Assembly: GCA_035703635.1 (NCBI GenBank)
Contig: DASSXV010000087.1
Location: forward strand, 26,655-90,654
Reading direction: 5' to 3'
DNA length: 64,000 bases
Source of the DNA: Trueperaceae bacterium
GTDB taxonomy: Bacteria > Deinococcota > Deinococci > Deinococcales > Trueperaceae
Of this stretch, positions 62,905 through 64,000 are shown piece after piece. Under the pieces are notes generated by a model. The model saw only the letters and a list, made by a program, of their open reading frames with translations. It was not told the DNA's origin and made no database searches. The position numbers and the translations under genes are program-made. Each line of letters starts with the position of its first letter. Position 1 is the stretch's first letter.

Positions 62905-64000
62905 TCAACCGCACTTGCTGTAGCCGCAGCGCTCACACTTCTCGCAACCTTCTTCGAAGCGCAGCGGGCCAGAGCAGTCGGGGCACAGCTTGCCGCGGTT
63001 GAGTACGTTCTCGACGCCGACCGTCTCGAGCGCCACGGCGAGCAGGTCGGCCTTGGAGGCGACCATGCGGCCCTGGTAGGTACCGAACATGCCGCCGTTG
63101 ATGCCGCGCAGCGTCTTGACGAGCGCCTCTGCTGGCACCCCGTACTGCAGGGCGATGGAGACCACGCGGCCTAGCGCCTCGCTGTCCGCGTTCGCCTCGT
63201 CGCCGGCCTTGCCTGAGACGATGAACACTTCGGCGGGGAGGCCGTCTTGCAGGTTGACGGTCACGAAGAAGCCGCGCTTCTCACCACTCGGGAGCATGAG
63301 CTTGACCGAGTCCGTGAAGCCGGCGAGGCGCGTTGGGCGGGCGAAGAGCGGCTCGCCCGGCAAGTTCTCGACGCGCGGCTTGGCGGCGGCGTGACCGAGG
63401 TAGCTGGCGTTCGCCTGAGTGGCGGTTGCCACTGCGACTGCAGCCACGGGCTGGGCGCTGGCGGCAGCGGCGAAGGGCGCTGCCGGCGTGTTGCCGACGG
63501 GCACGTTGGAGACCACGTCGGAGGTGTGCGACGAAGGCGCGGCTGCCTCGGAGGCCGGAGTCTTGCTGGCCGTGCTGGAGGTGGAGAGGACCTGGAAGTC
63601 GCGCGAGCCGTCACGGTAGACCGTGATGCCCTTGCAACCGGTGGCGAAAGCGAGGCGGTAAGCGTCGAAGACGTCGGACACGGTCGCTTCATTGGCCAAG
63701 TTGATGGTCTTAGAGATGGAGTTGGCCACGCGGTCGCCGTCGTCGAACGCGCGTTGCACCACGCCTTGCATGCGCACGTGATCGGCTGGCGCGATGTCGT
63801 GCGCACACGCCATGACCCTGCTCACCTGCTCGGGGATGAAGTGGAGGCCGCGCACCGAGCCGTGGTTGGACTGCACGGCAGCCACGACCTTGTCCCAATC
63901 CCAGGCGCCGCCCTTGCTGTAGTCGGGATGTGCTGCGTGCTCCTCGAGGAGTTCCTGGAAGAGGGGGTGGATGAGGGCGTGGTACTCGGTGCCGATCTTG
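62905..64000 (-). CDS. nrdJ: Class II (B12-dependent) ribonucleotide reductase, C-terminal part (5' truncated by window edge)
   Basis: HVRMQ, NSISKTINL, GCKGITVYRDGSR, TSCPD-like domain, terminal CPDC...EEGCEKCERCGYSKCG. Confidence 0.92.
   Translation of the reverse strand, partial: KIGTEYHALIHPLFQELLEEHAAHPDYSKGGAWDWDKVVAAVQSNHGSVRGLHFIPEQVSRVMACAHDIAPADHVRMQGVVQRAFDDGDRVANSISKTINLANEATVSDVFDAYRLAFATGCKGITVYRDGSRDFQVLSTSSTASKTPASEAAAPSSHTSDVVSNVPVGNTPAAPFAAAASAQPVAAVAVATATQANASYLGHAAAKPRVENLPGEPLFARPTRLAGFTDSVKLMLPSGEKRGFFVTVNLQDGLPAEVFIVSGKAGDEANADSEALGRVVSIALQYGVPAEALVKTLRGINGGMFGTYQGRMVASKADLLAVALETVGVENVLNRGKLCPDCSGPLRFEEGCEKCERCGYSKCG

Overview
High-GC, densely packed chromosomal segment. 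It most likely comes from a Deinococcota bacterium (Trueperaceae-like), judging by the Thermus/Deinococcus-type L28, long HflX, DdrA paralog and pervasive TANNNT-5-7nt-start (leaderless) gene starts. Most of the window is housekeeping: thiolase, hflX, UbiD-family decarboxylase, znuBC-rpmB, pyrE, methylmalonyl-CoA mutase/epimerase, thrB, tsaD, fumC, purB/purC-purS, gyrA, ftsE, argG/argH, proC, tgt, recX, two tRNAs and the 3' part of nrdJ. No integrase, transposase or CRISPR array was seen. The standout is a ~7.6 kb glycan module at 47.0-54.6 kb. Two tandem c-di-GMP-II riboswitch aptamers lead an operon of two GH26 lipoproteins and a PQQ sugar dehydrogenase. This operon converges on a processive GT2 synthase (DxD, TED, QxxRW) fused to a C-terminal SLT/GH23 lytic-transglycosylase-like domain, with a divergent 3D-domain gene beyond it. 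The second highlight is an Arg-rich leader peptide with terminator/antiterminator pairings upstream of argG, a candidate arginine attenuator. Smaller items include an ATA start for hflX, a PurC-PurS fusion with a (Asp-His)5 linker and a probable queuine-salvage TGT/VUT pair. All family assignments come from reading motifs by eye; no database searches were run.
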